A DNA stretch of 64,000 nt, taken from assembly GCA_963747235.1 (NCBI GenBank), contig CAVVEU010000008.1, positions 608,001 through 672,000 of the forward strand, given 5' to 3'. Positions 1 through 11,940 of the stretch are shown here, piece by piece (position 1 is the first letter of the stretch; each line of letters begins with the position of its first letter). The notes under the pieces are model-generated. The model saw only the letters and a program-made list of their open reading frames with translations, had not been told where the DNA came from and did no database searches. The stretch comes from an uncultured Candidatus Rokubacteria bacterium (lineage in GTDB: Bacteria; Methylomirabilota; Methylomirabilia; Rokubacteriales; CSP1-6). The position numbers were made by a program, and so were the translations under genes.

Positions 1-766
1 GCACGCCGATCACCCCCGCATGTACCCGCCGGTGAAGTATCCGGAGTACCGCTGGGGCATGACGGTGGACGTGGATCGCTGCACCGGCTGCCAGGCCTGC
101 GTGGTCGCCTGCCAGAGCGAGAACAACGTGCCGACGGTCGGGAAGGCCCAGGTCGCCTACGGGCGCATCCAGCACTGGCTGCGGGTGGAGCGCTGGCAGG
201 AGGGCACGTCCGCCAAGCCGGTCAACATGTTCCTGCCCATGTTCTGCCAGCACTGCGAGATCGCGCCGTGCGAGCCGGTGTGCCCGGTCTACGCCGCCTA
301 CCACACGCGCGAGGGTCTCAACGGGCAGGTCTACAACCGCTGCGTGGGCACGCGCTACTGCGGCAACAACTGCCCCTACCACGTGCGGAAGTTCAACTGG
401 TTCAACTACACGTGGACCGCGCCGCTGGACGTGCAGCTCAACCCGGACGTCACGGTGCGGCAGCTCGGCGTGATGGAGAAGTGCACCATGTGCGTGCAGC
501 GGATCGAGGGCGCCAAGAGCGCGGCGCGCGAGGCGGGCCGCTCGGTGCGCGACGGCGACATGCAGACCGCGTGTCAGCAGACCTGCCCGACCCAGGCCAT
601 CACCTTCGGGAACCGGAAGGACGGCGAGTCGCTCGTGTCCAAGCTGTCGCACTCGGCCCGGAGCTACCACGTGCTCCACGAGCTGGGCACGCTCCCGGGC
701 GTGAGCTACCTGAAGAAGGTCGTCCGCGCCGAGCCGGCGGGCGGACACGGGAAGGCGGGCCACTAG
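1..766 (+). CDS. actB: Alternative complex III iron-sulfur subunit ActB (C-terminal 4Fe-4S dicluster part; 5' end lies outside the window)
   Basis: Cys clusters CTGCQACVVAC, CQHCEIAPCEPVCP, CVGTRYCGNNCP and CTMCVQR...CQQTCP; VMEKCT motif; frame is open back to position 2; followed by NrfD, DUF3341, cytochrome c and NrfD-like genes. Confidence 0.85.
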   Translation, partial: HADHPRMYPPVKYPEYRWGMTVDVDRCTGCQACVVACQSENNVPTVGKAQVAYGRIQHWLRVERWQEGTSAKPVNMFLPMFCQHCEIAPCEPVCPVYAAYHTREGLNGQVYNRCVGTRYCGNNCPYHVRKFNWFNYTWTAPLDVQLNPDVTVRQLGVMEKCTMCVQRIEGAKSAAREAGRSVRDGDMQTACQQTCPTQAITFGNRKDGESLVSKLSHSARSYHVLHELGTLPGVSYLKKVVRAEPAGGHGKAGH

Positions 767-767
767 G

Positions 768-2134
768 ATGAGCGCGCCTCCCGCGCAGGGCGCGACCGCG
801 CCCGCCCAGGCCACCTGGGCCGACGTCAACCGCGACGTCATCCGCACCATCGGCATGCCGGGCGACAAGTACTTCGCCTGGCTCTGCCTGGTGGTCCTGG
901 TCCTCTGCCGCGGGCTTCGGCGCGTGGACCTAGCAGATCTGGGTCGGCATCGGGGCGGCGGGCAAGCGCACGCCCGCTGATGTGGGCGATGTACATCACC
1001 ACCTTCGTGTTCTGGATCGGTATCGGTCACGCGGGGACCCTGATCTCCGCGGTCCTCTACCTGTTCCGGGCGAAGTGGCGGACCTCGATCTACCGCGGGG
1101 CGGAGGCGATGACCGTGTTCGCGGTCATGACCGCCGGCCTCTTCCCGCTGATCCACGCCGGCCGCATGTGGTTCGCCTACTGGCTCATGCCGTATCCCAA
1201 CCAGCGCTACCTCTGGCCCAACTTCAAGTCGCCGCTGGTGTGGGACGTGTTCGCGATCTCGACCTACCTGACCATCAGCGTGGTCTTCTTCATCGTGGGC
1301 CTGGTGCCGGACATCGCGGCCCTGCGCGACAACGCGACCGGCTACAAGCGGAAGATCTACGCGGTGCTCTCGCTCGGGTGGGAGGGCTCGGACCACCAGT
1401 GGCGCCACTACCGCCGGGGCTACGGCCTCCTCGCCGCGCTCGCGACCCCGCTGGTGCTCTCGGTGCACAGCGTGGTGTCCTTCGACTTCGCGATGGCCCT
1501 GGTGCCCGGCTGGCACTCCACGCTGTTCCCCCCGTTCTTCGTGGACGGGGCCATCTTCTCCGGCTTCGCGATGGTGCTGGTGCTGATCCTGCCGATGCGC
1601 TACCTGTTCAACTGGTACCCCTACATCACCGACAAGCACCTGGACGCGATGGCCAAGCTGATCCTCGTGACCAGCCTGGTGCTGACCTACTTCTACGTCT
1701 GCGAGGTCTTCACCGCGTGGTACTCGGGCGACCACTTCGAGCGGGCCAGCGTGTTCGCCAAGGCGAGCAAGCAGTACGCGTGGGCCTACTGGGGCATGTA
1801 CTTCTGCAACTGCCTGGTGCCCCTCGTGCTGTTCATCCGCCGGGCCCGCACCCACGTGGTGACGCTCTACGTGGTCTCGATCTTGGTGCTGATCGGGATG
1901 TGGCTCGAGCGCTTCAACATCATCGTGCCCGGCCTCGCCCACGACTTCTACCCCTACACCTGGGGCACGTACTACCCGACGATCACGGACTCCGCGATCG
2001 TCATCGGCTCCTTCGCCTGGTTCTTCCTGCTCTTCCTGGGCTTCATCCGCGTGATGCCGTCGCTGTCGATCGTGGAGGTCAAGGAAGTGCTGCCCCATCC
2101 CCTGAAGCACGCCGGCCACGGGGGGCACCACTGA
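768..2134 (+). CDS. actC: ACIII quinol-binding membrane subunit ActC (NrfD family); apparent frameshifts near 908 and 975 and an in-frame TAG at 931-933
   Basis: FVFWIGIGHAGTLISA, WPNFKSPLVWD, LVLSVHSVVSFDFA and GWHSTLFPPFFV motifs; ORFs 768-980 and 980-2134 join via the ...GFGAWT*QIWVGIG... frame. Confidence 0.85.
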
Positions 2135-2664
2135 TGACGCCGACGGGTATGACGACGACGGGCACCGCCAACGTGCTGGGCGTCTTCGCCCACGTGGACA
2201 CCACGCTGCAGGCCATCCGCGATCTGCGCGCCAAGGGCTTCTCGAACCTCACCGTCTACACCCCGGTGCCGGTCGAGGAGATCGAGCACGAGATCGACAA
2301 GGTGGAGCCGCTGTCGAAGGTGCGCCTCTTCACCGTGATCGGGGCCCTGACCGGGACCGCGACCGGCTTCTTCCTCACGATCTGGACGTCGCTCAAGTGG
2401 GAGCTGGTGACGGGCGGCAAGGCCCCGGTGTCCATCCCGCCCTTCGTCATCATCGCGTTCGAGCTGACCATCCTGCTCGGCGGCCTCGCCACCGCGCTGG
2501 CGGTGCTGATCCTGGCCCAGCTCCCGAAGCTCAAGCCGTCGCCCACCTACGACCCGCGCTTCAGCGTGGACCGCTTCGGGGTCGCGGTGGCCTGTGCCCC
2601 CGACAAGGTCGACTCGGTGCAGTCGATGCTGTCGGCCGCGGGCGCTGAAGAGGTGCGGCGATGA
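2134..2664 (+). CDS. actD: ACIII subunit ActD (DUF3341)
   Basis: C-terminal part of ORF 982-2664 from ATG 2134, overlapping the actC stop; YTPVPV, GGK...IPPFVIIAFELTIL and YDPRFSVDRF motifs. Confidence 0.85.
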   Translation: MTPTGMTTTGTANVLGVFAHVDTTLQAIRDLRAKGFSNLTVYTPVPVEEIEHEIDKVEPLSKVRLFTVIGALTGTATGFFLTIWTSLKWELVTGGKAPVSIPPFVIIAFELTILLGGLATALAVLILAQLPKLKPSPTYDPRFSVDRFGVAVACAPDKVDSVQSMLSAAGAEEVRR

Positions 2665-3167
2665 TGAAGTACGTCTTCCTCCTCACGCTCCTGCTGTTCG
2701 GGGCGGTGGGCGCCGCGCTCGGCGGGGCGGCCGGCTTCCGGTGGATGAACAACATGACCGCCACCCAGCGCGTGATGCCGGGGGAGTACAACTTCTCGAT
2801 GCCCACGGGCAGCCTGCCGCGGAGCGGCGGGGAGCTCTACCATTCGCCCGCGGAGCGGGACGCCGCGGCGGCCCGCCGCAATCCGGTCGCCGCGTCGACG
2901 GATTCGCTGCGGAAGGGCGGCGAGCTCTTCACGATCTACTGCACCCCGTGCCACGGGGCGTCCGGGCGGGGCGACGGGCCGGTCTCGACCAAGTTCGTGC
3001 CCCCGGCCGACCTGACCAATCCCGAGCTGCACAAGGTGCGGACCGACGGCTACTGGCAGAGCTATCTCTCGGCGGGCGGGGCGGTGATGCCGTCCTACGC
3101 GGAGGCGCTCTCCTCCGAAGAGCGGTGGCACGTGGTGAACTACCTCCGGACCCTGGCCAAGAAATGA
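2661..3167 (+). CDS. actE: ACIII monoheme cytochrome c subunit ActE
   Basis: N-terminal TM segment, single CxxCH (CTPCH), distal Met in AVMPSY, ERWHVVNY. Confidence 0.8.
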   Translation: MMKYVFLLTLLLFGAVGAALGGAAGFRWMNNMTATQRVMPGEYNFSMPTGSLPRSGGELYHSPAERDAAAARRNPVAASTDSLRKGGELFTIYCTPCHGASGRGDGPVSTKFVPPADLTNPELHKVRTDGYWQSYLSAGGAVMPSYAEALSSEERWHVVNYLRTLAKK

Positions 3168-4309
3168 CCGCGATGAACGCGTCTCCGGCGGTCCCGTCCC
3201 GGACCGCGCATCCGCTGCTGGTGCTGCTGGCCATCCTCGGGATCGTGGCCTTCCTCTACGGCGTGCTGCAGGGCTCGGCCCCCCGGGTGTGGGGCATCTA
3301 CCTCGTGAACCTGCTGTTCTGGTCGAGCCTCGCCATCACCGGCCCCGCGCTCGCCGCGATGATCCAGATCACGGAAGGGCGGTGGTCGCCGAGCATCAAG
3401 CGCATCGCGCTCACCACCGCGGGCTTCCTGCCCGTCTCCTTCGTGCTCTTCGTCGTGCTCTTCTTCGGGCGCGCGACGCTCTATCCCTGGGTGAACGAGC
3501 CCCTCCCGATCAAGGCGGCGTGGCTCAACGTGCCCTTCATGTCGCTGCGGATCGGGCTCGGCGTGCTGCTGCTGTACTGGATCGCGATGCGGCTCGTGAA
3601 GGCGGTGCTGGTCGAGGATCAGCCGGGCGGGGACGCACCCGCCGCGGTGAACCGGCGCAACCGGCTCGCGGGCTGGCTGCTCTTCTTCTACGTGGTCGTG
3701 CTCTCGCTCTGGGGCTTCGACCTCCTGATGTCCCTCGACCCGCGCTGGTACAGCGGCCTCTTCGGCGGCTACTACGTGGTCACCTCGATGTACACCGGCT
3801 TCGGGCTCGTCACGTATCTCACCATCCGCGCCAACGAGCGGGGCATGGCCCGGGTGGCGCCTCCCGCGATCCAGGACGTGGCCAAGCTGACCTTCGCGCT
3901 CTGCGTGTTCTGGATGTACTTCTTCTTCTCGCAGTACCTGGTGATCTGGTACGGCCACGTGCCCGTCGAGACCCGCTTCGTGATCCGGCGCTTCTTCACC
4001 CAGCCGTGGGGCACCATCGCGTGGGTCATCTTCATCGTCGGCTGGCTGATCCCGTTCTCGTATTTCCTCAAGCGGCTCACCGGGCGTCCGCCGGAGCGGC
4101 ATCGGGTGTTCAAGGTCATCCTGTTCTTCGGCTGGATCGCCATCTTCTTCGAGCGGATGCTGCTCGTGTTCCCCTCGCTGCTCCGGGACAACACGGTGCC
4201 GATCGGCCCGGTCGAGATCCTGGTCACGCTCGGCTTCTTCTCGCTCTTCGTGCTGAGCCGCAACTGGTTCCTCGCCCACTACAAGCCGGTCCTCAGCCTG
4301 CCCAAGTAG
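3164..4309 (+). CDS. actF: ACIII membrane subunit ActF (NrfD paralog)
   Basis: ATG 3164 overlaps the actE stop; multi-TM protein with AWLNVPF, DLLMSLDPRWYS and FFSQYLVIWYG motifs. Confidence 0.8.
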   Translation: MTAMNASPAVPSRTAHPLLVLLAILGIVAFLYGVLQGSAPRVWGIYLVNLLFWSSLAITGPALAAMIQITEGRWSPSIKRIALTTAGFLPVSFVLFVVLFFGRATLYPWVNEPLPIKAAWLNVPFMSLRIGLGVLLLYWIAMRLVKAVLVEDQPGGDAPAAVNRRNRLAGWLLFFYVVVLSLWGFDLLMSLDPRWYSGLFGGYYVVTSMYTGFGLVTYLTIRANERGMARVAPPAIQDVAKLTFALCVFWMYFFFSQYLVIWYGHVPVETRFVIRRFFTQPWGTIAWVIFIVGWLIPFSYFLKRLTGRPPERHRVFKVILFFGWIAIFFERMLLVFPSLLRDNTVPIGPVEILVTLGFFSLFVLSRNWFLAHYKPVLSLPK

Positions 4310-4335
4310 CCGCGTGGCCCGTCACGCCCCCGGGG

Positions 4336-4341
4336 TAAGAT
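4336..4341 (+). promoter_or_regulatory. Candidate -10 box (TAAGAT) 7 nt before the moeA GTG; putative leaderless transcript
   Basis: TANNNT hexamer in a GC-rich gap; no Shine-Dalgarno. Confidence 0.5.
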
Positions 4342-4348
4342 ACCGGGC

Positions 4349-5577
4349 GTGATCTCCGTCGAGGAAGCGCTCGAACGCATCCTGTCGCGCGTGGCCGTGC
4401 TGGGCGACGAGCGGGTCTCGCTCACCGAGAGCCTCCACCGCGTGCTCGCCGAGGACGTGGACAGCCCGCGCGACATGCCGCCGTGGCCGGCCTCCTCGAT
4501 GGACGGGTACGCCCTCCGCAGCGCCGACACCGCCGCCGCCACGCCCGGGGCCCCCGCGCGCCTGCGTCCTGGCCGGCCGCGTGCCCGCGGGAGCGATGGC
4601 GGAGCGGCCGCTGCGGGACGGGCGAGGCCTTCCGGATCTTCACCGGCGCGCCGCTGCCCGAGGGCGCGGACGCGATCATTCCCCAGGAGGACGTGAGCGA
4701 GGAGGCGGGCGCGCTGCTCGTCCCGCGGCGGGTCGGCGACGGCGACTTCGTGCGGCCCCGCGGCGAGGACATGAAGCGGGGCGACCGCGTGCTCGAGCGC
4801 GGGCGGGTGCTGAGCGCGGCCGACATCGGGATGCTCGCCACGGTGGGCAAGAGCCCGGTGAGCGTGATCCGACGGCCCCGCGTGGGCATCCTCTCCACCG
4901 GCGACGAGCTGGTGGACCTCGGCGGCCGGATCGGCCCCGGCCAGATCCCGAACTCCAACAGCTATTCCCTCATCGCCCAGGTGATCGAGGCCGGCGCCCA
5001 GCCGGTGAGCCTCGGGATCGCGCGCGACCGGCTCGAGGACATCGAGGCGCGCCTCCGCTGGGGGCTCGGGTGCGACCTCGTGATGTCCTCCGCGGGCGTC
5101 TCGGTGGGCGAGCACGACTTCGTGAAGGCCGCGCTGGCGCGGCTCGGAGCGGAGCAGCACCTCTGGCTCGTGGACATGCGCCCCGGCAAGCCGATCGCCT
5201 TCTCGACGATCCCGCAGGAGGGCAAGGGCGCCCTGGCCCTCTTCGCGCTGCCCGGCAACCCCGTCTCCGCCATGGTCACCTTCGAGCTCTTCGTCCGCCC
5301 CGCGATCCTCCGCATGGCCGGCCACACCCGCCTCCACCGCCCAACGCTCAAGGCCCACGCCCTCGCCCCCATCAAGAACGGCGACACCCGCCGCGGCTAC
5401 CTGCGCGTGACCTTGACCCCAGACGGCGAAACCTACGGCGCCCGCCTCACCGGCACGCAGAGCTCCGGCGTGCTGCGATCAATGGTCACCGCCGACGGCC
5501 TCGCCATCGTCCCAGGCGAGACAACAATTCAGCCGGGCGAAGAAGTAAAGGTGATCGTCCTGCGCCCCGGTCTCTGA
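4349..5577 (+). CDS. moeA: Molybdopterin molybdotransferase MoeA (apparent frameshifts near 4569 and 4617)
   Basis: SMDGYAL, IFTGAPLPEGADAII, STGDEL, NSNS, GVSVGEHDFV, RPGKP and LPGNPVS motifs across two ORFs. Confidence 0.9.
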
Positions 5578-5622
5578 GAATCGAAGCGGAAACGGCAAGC
5601 GCAAGCGGCAAGCGGAAACAAG

Positions 5623-5810
5623 GAGCGCAGGACCGGGCGGGCAGCGGCGTGGGGGGCGGGGGTGGGGCGGGTGACCCGTTCCCCGCCAACGGAAGCCCAG
5701 AACCTCTCCATCCCGGATTGGGAACTCCTCCGCGGAACAACGAGTAAGGCGGTCGTGGTCAGAGCCCCACCCCCGCCCCCCGCGCCGCTGCCCGCCCGAC
5801 TCCCGCGCTC
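5623..5810. repeat. Long inverted-repeat element (35-bp arms 5634-5668 and 5764-5798, one G-T mismatch) between convergent genes; MITE-like or structured RNA
   Basis: CGGGCGGGCAGCGGCGTGGGGGGCGGGGGTGGGGC versus GCCCCACCCCCGCCCCCCGCGCCGCTGCCCGCCCG; imperfect pairing extends outward (GAGCGC/GCGCTC) and inward (TGACC/GGTCA). Confidence 0.8.
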
Positions 5811-5817
5811 GCGCGCC

Positions 5818-6816
5818 TCAGGACTTCCGCACGAACAGGAACCAGAGCGTCGCGCAGGCCCCCGCGCACATCGACGCGAACGTGAGCAGGCTGCCGAGCG
5901 CGAGCGTCGCGGAGTTGGTAAGCCCCTGGTTGATGTTGCAGCCCTCGGCGACGAGCGCCGCCGCGCCCATGAGGAGCCCGCCGAGGAAGATCTTCGGCAG
6001 GCTGGACGCCGCGGGGAATTTCCACGCGAACTGGGCGGTGGTCCACGCCGCGACGAAGGCGCCGAGCGGCACGCCGAGGGCCATCAGCATGCTCCAGGTG
6101 ACGCGGTTGGGGTAGCCGACCATCGGGTAGGTGAGCAGGTGGCCGGTATTGGCCGCGAAGGTGATGCCGACCGGGCGGTCGCCGAAGGTCGAGGCCCACC
6201 AGCCCACCGCGATCATCACGCCGACGGCGGCGCCGCTGGCCGGCCAGGGCCACTTGCCGTGCTCGGGCTCGCGCCGGCCGCGCATCAGCCAGATGCCGAT
6301 CCCGACCGCGAGCACCGCGATCACGATCCACGGGGAGAGCCCCGCGATATTGGCCAGCGTCGGGGCCGCGCCGTCCCCGATCGTGATCGCGGGCTTCTGC
6401 AGCGCGGTGCGGATCGGCGCCAGCAGCCCGACGCCGGCGGTGGTGGCGCCGATGGCGAAGCCCACGAGCACGACCCAGGCGCCGACGGCGCCTTCTCCCA
6501 CCCGGTACCAGGTGCTGCCCGAGCAGCCGCCCGAGAGGATCATGCCCACGCCGAAGAGCAGGCCGCCCACGATGTTCGACACCCAGCGCAGGGGGCGCAG
6601 GGGAATGTCCACCAGTCCCAGCGCGTCGATCACCTGCACGCCCACCATCGCGACGAGCAGGGCGAGGATATAGGCGCGCAGGATATTGCCGTCCCGCATC
6701 AGGACCGCGTTCGAGAGCGCGCGGGTGAGGCAGAAGCCGCCACGCTGGATGATGTAGCCGAAGACGGCGCCGGTGCCGAGGGCGGAGACCGCGAGCATCC
6801 AGGGGAGCTCGTCCAT
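5818..6816 (-). CDS. YeeE/YedE family sulfur-compound (thiosulfate) transporter
   Basis: QRGGFC, GGLLFGVGMILSGGCSG and GGLLMG...AEGCNINQG repeats with three conserved Cys; multi-TM. Confidence 0.85.
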   Translation of the reverse strand: MDELPWMLAVSALGTGAVFGYIIQRGGFCLTRALSNAVLMRDGNILRAYILALLVAMVGVQVIDALGLVDIPLRPLRWVSNIVGGLLFGVGMILSGGCSGSTWYRVGEGAVGAWVVLVGFAIGATTAGVGLLAPIRTALQKPAITIGDGAAPTLANIAGLSPWIVIAVLAVGIGIWLMRGRREPEHGKWPWPASGAAVGVMIAVGWWASTFGDRPVGITFAANTGHLLTYPMVGYPNRVTWSMLMALGVPLGAFVAAWTTAQFAWKFPAASSLPKIFLGGLLMGAAALVAEGCNINQGLTNSATLALGSLLTFASMCAGACATLWFLFVRKS

Positions 6817-6824
6817 GGCCCGCC

Positions 6825-6853
6825 ATGCTAGCGAAAAGCCGAATGTCAGTCAA
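6825..6853 (-). promoter_or_regulatory. Sigma70-type promoter TTGACT-N17-TAGCAT for the YeeE gene (8 nt to ATG)
   Basis: Reverse complement of AGTCAA 6848-6853 and ATGCTA 6825-6830, 17-nt spacer. Confidence 0.65.
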
Positions 6854-6903
6854 AGGCTCGTGAAAATTAGCTTTTCGATCGGACAGGTGCTACGGTCAAT
6901 GCC

Positions 6904-7713
6904 ATGGTGACCGGTTTTCGTGAGCGCATCGTGTGCACGGCGCCCCTCATGGGCCTCGTCCTGCTCGCGGCCGCGGGCTGCGGCACCGGGGAGAAGACGC
7001 GCCGCGAGGCCGAGATGGCCGCGCTGGTCAAGCAGGTGGAGGAGCTCAAGAAGGGGCAGGATCAGATCGGGAAGGACGTGGGCAAGCTGGCCGGCGAGAT
7101 GAAGGCCCTCGACGCGCAGGCCGCGTTCCTGGTCGGCGAGACGAAGACCGCGGCCACGGATCGCGAGCAGCTCAAGGCGGCGAGCCAGCAGCAGGACGGC
7201 GCGGTCCGCGCGCTGCGCTCCGCGCTCGACGAGACGAATCAGAAGGTGGCGACGCTCAGCGTGCCGCCGCCGGCCCCGGTGGCGGCCCCGAAGCCGGCCG
7301 CGCCGGCGCCCGGGCGCGAGGTGACGGCCGAGAAGCTCTACGCGACCGCGATGGCCAGCTTCCGCGCCGACGAGCACGGCCAGGCGGTGCTCGAGTTCAC
7401 CGAGCTCATCGACAAGTTCCCCAAGCACAACCTGGCCGCGAGCTCGCAGTACTGGATCGGCGAGGCCTACTATCGCCAGCGCGACTTCAACCAGGCGGTG
7501 ACCGAGTTCCAGAAGGTGTCCGATCTCTACCCGCAGAGCGCGCCGGTCGCGGAGTCGCTCCTCAAGCTCGGCATGTGCTACCGCGCGCTGCACGACCTGC
7601 CGCGCGCGCGCGAGACGTGGGAGCAGGTGGTGAAGTCGCATCCGCGGACCGAGGCCGCCACCCAGGCGCGCACGCTCCTCGCGTCTCTCGGCGGAGGCCG
7701 CTCGCCGCGGTGA
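6904..7713 (+). CDS. cpoB: Tol-Pal cell-division coordinator CpoB/YbgF-like lipoprotein
   Basis: Lipobox AAGC, coiled coil, Pro/Ala linker, C-terminal TPRs ([18 protein letters not shown]); extended -10 TGcTACGGT 7 nt upstream. Confidence 0.75.
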   Translation: MVTGFRERIVCTAPLMGLVLLAAAGCGTGEKTRREAEMAALVKQVEELKKGQDQIGKDVGKLAGEMKALDAQAAFLVGETKTAATDREQLKAASQQQDGAVRALRSALDETNQKVATLSVPPPAPVAAPKPAAPAPGREVTAEKLYATAMASFRADEHGQAVLEFTELIDKFPKHNLAASSQYWIGEAYYRQRDFNQAVTEFQKVSDLYPQSAPVAESLLKLGMCYRALHDLPRARETWEQVVKSHPRTEAATQARTLLASLGGGRSPR

Positions 7714-7729
7714 TCGCGCCCGCCCGGTT

Positions 7730-7757
7730 TTGCCCCAATTGGACGGTCCGGTATACT
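7730..7757 (+). promoter_or_regulatory. Candidate promoter TTGCCC-N16-TATACT for the dprA-topA operon
   Basis: Hexamers at 7730-7735 and 7752-7757. Confidence 0.5.
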
Positions 7758-7781
7758 GAAGCGCACCGATGCGATGGAGTG

Positions 7782-8757
7782 ATGTCCGTGATACATGAGC
7801 GTATCCACGACGAGACGGGGTCCATCCCGCGCGCGATCGCGCGCGGGGACGCCGGGTTTCCGTCGCGGCTCGCGGAGATTCCCGACGCGCCCGCCGCGCT
7901 TCACGTGCGCGGCACGCTCGTGGACGCGGACGCGCTCGCGGTCGCCATCGTGGGCTCCCGACGGGCGACGCCCTACGGCCTCGAGGTCGCCGAGACGCTC
8001 GCGGCGGACCTCGCCGCGCGCGGCGTCACCATCGTGAGCGGGCTCGCGCGCGGCATCGACAGCGCGGCCCATCGCGGCGCGCTCCGCGTCGGCGGGCGCA
8101 CCATCGCGGTGCTCGGCTCGGGCGTGGACGTGATCTATCCGCCCGAGAACCGGCGGCTCGCGGCGCGAGATCGCGGCGCGCGGCGCCCTGCTCTCCCAGT
8201 TCGCGCCGGGGACGCCGCCGCTGCCGCACAACTTCCCGATCCGCAACCAGGTGATCGCGGGGATATCGCTCGCGGTGGTGGTCGTCGAGGCGGCCGAGAA
8301 GAGCGGCTCGCTCATCACCGCGCGCCTCGCCGCCGAGCTCGGCCGCGAGGTGCTCGCGGTGCCGGGACGCATCACCGCGCCGGAGAGTCGCGGGGCCAAC
8401 CGGCTGATCCAGGACGGGGCGCACGTGGCGATGGGCTGGGAGGACGTGGTCGCGGTCCTGCCCGAGCGCTGGAAGGCCTGCGTGACCACTGACGGACGAG
8501 TTGGAACGGCAGGAGGCGCCGCAGTGGCAGGGCGAGGCGCAGCCGCAGGCGAGCCGAGCGAATACGAGAAAGAAGTTACGGTAGCGACCCGGAACATCCT
8601 CGGCATCCTCGGCGAGGATCCGATCGACATCGACCACGTGATCGAGCGCAGTGGGCTGGGCGCCGGGCGCGTGTCGGCCGCGCTGCTGGAGCTGGAGCTC
8701 GAGGGGCGGGTGCGGCAGATCGAGGGCAAGCGGTTCGTCCGGATCGGACGAGGATAG
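7782..8757 (+). CDS. dprA: DNA-processing protein DprA (apparent frameshift near 8165; contains a family A repeat in its linker)
   Basis: [40 protein letters not shown] and C-terminal w[11 protein letters not shown]; directly upstream of topA. Confidence 0.9.
8521..8585 (+). repeat. Family A repeat, diverged copy, in frame within dprA
   Basis: GCAGTGGCAGGGCGAGGCGCAGCCGCAGGCGAGCCGAGCGAATACGAGAAAGAAGTTACGGTAGC aligns with the 61644-61709 copy. Confidence 0.85.
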
Positions 8758-8768
8758 GAGACCGGCGG

Positions 8769-11027
<2,259 letters not shown>

Positions 11028-11049
11028 GGAGCCTCCCGGTTCATCCACG

Positions 11050-11922
11050 ATGGACGCGGCGGTCGGATCCTTCCTCGAATACCAGGCGGTCGAGCGTGGC
11101 GCGTCTCCCCATACCCTCCGGGGCTACACCGCCGATCTGACCGAGTTTTCCCGCTTCCTCGCCGCCGAGAAGATCGCGGGCTGGGAGACGGCGGATACGC
11201 GCGTGGTCCGGGCCTACCTGGTGTGGCTCCACAAGCGGAAGCTGGCCAAGGCCACCATCGCGCGCAAGCTGGCCGCGGTGCGGAGCTGCTTTCGCTTCCT
11301 CGGCCGCCGCGGCGCCATGGAGGTGAATCCGGCGCGCCAGGTGCGCGGCCCGCGCCTGGGCCGGCGGCTCCCGTCGTTCCTGCCGGTGGACGAGACCGCG
11401 GTGCTCTTGAGTCCCGAGCCGGAGCCGTCCCTGGCCGGCGCGCGCGATCGCGCGCTGCTCGAGCTGCTCTACGCGAGCGGGCTCCGGGTGGCCGAGGGCT
11501 GCGGCCTCGACGTGGACGACCTGGATGAGGACCGGCGCACCGTGCGCGTCCTCGGCAAGGGCAGCAAGGAGCGCGTGGTGCCGGTCGGCGAGTCCGCGCT
11601 GGAGGCCCTCGCGGCCTACCTGGCACTCCGCGGGCGCCGGCGCGGGCCGCTCTTCCTCAACCCGCGCGGCGGCCGGCTCACCACGCGGAGCGCGCTGCGC
11701 ATCGTGCGCGCCCGCGCGCGCCGGGCCGGGATCGCCCAGCGGGTGACGCCCCACACCCTCCGCCACAGCTTCGCCACGCACATGCTGGGGGCGGGCGCGG
11801 ATCTCCGGCTCATCCAGGAGCTGCTGGGCCACAGCCGCCTCTCCACCACCCAGCGCTACACCCACGTGAGCCCGGAGCACCTGATGCGCGTGTACGACGC
11901 CGCGCATCCGCGGGCGACCTGA
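11050..11922 (+). CDS. xerC: Tyrosine recombinase XerC
   Basis: [26 protein letters not shown] and LLGH...TTQRY catalytic set; topA-xerC-hslVU context. Confidence 0.9.
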   Translation: MDAAVGSFLEYQAVERGASPHTLRGYTADLTEFSRFLAAEKIAGWETADTRVVRAYLVWLHKRKLAKATIARKLAAVRSCFRFLGRRGAMEVNPARQVRGPRLGRRLPSFLPVDETAVLLSPEPEPSLAGARDRALLELLYASGLRVAEGCGLDVDDLDEDRRTVRVLGKGSKERVVPVGESALEALAAYLALRGRRRGPLFLNPRGGRLTTRSALRIVRARARRAGIAQRVTPHTLRHSFATHMLGAGADLRLIQELLGHSRLSTTQRYTHVSPEHLMRVYDAAHPRAT

Positions 11923-11940
11923 GAGGACTCGGAGCTCGCC

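Noticed and set aside
931-933. In-frame TAG in actC as possible pyrrolysine or readthrough
   Set aside because: It lies between two indel errors in a low-quality stretch; TAC (Tyr, WTYQI) is the simple fix, and no pyl genes are in the window.
5330-5580. Diversity-generating retroelement variable region at the moeA 3' end
   Set aside because: No template repeat or reverse transcriptase in the window, and the drift is toward A rather than away from A.
11050-11922. Tyrosine recombinase as a phage or island integrase
   Set aside because: Size, motifs and the topA-xerC-hslVU context indicate chromosomal XerC.
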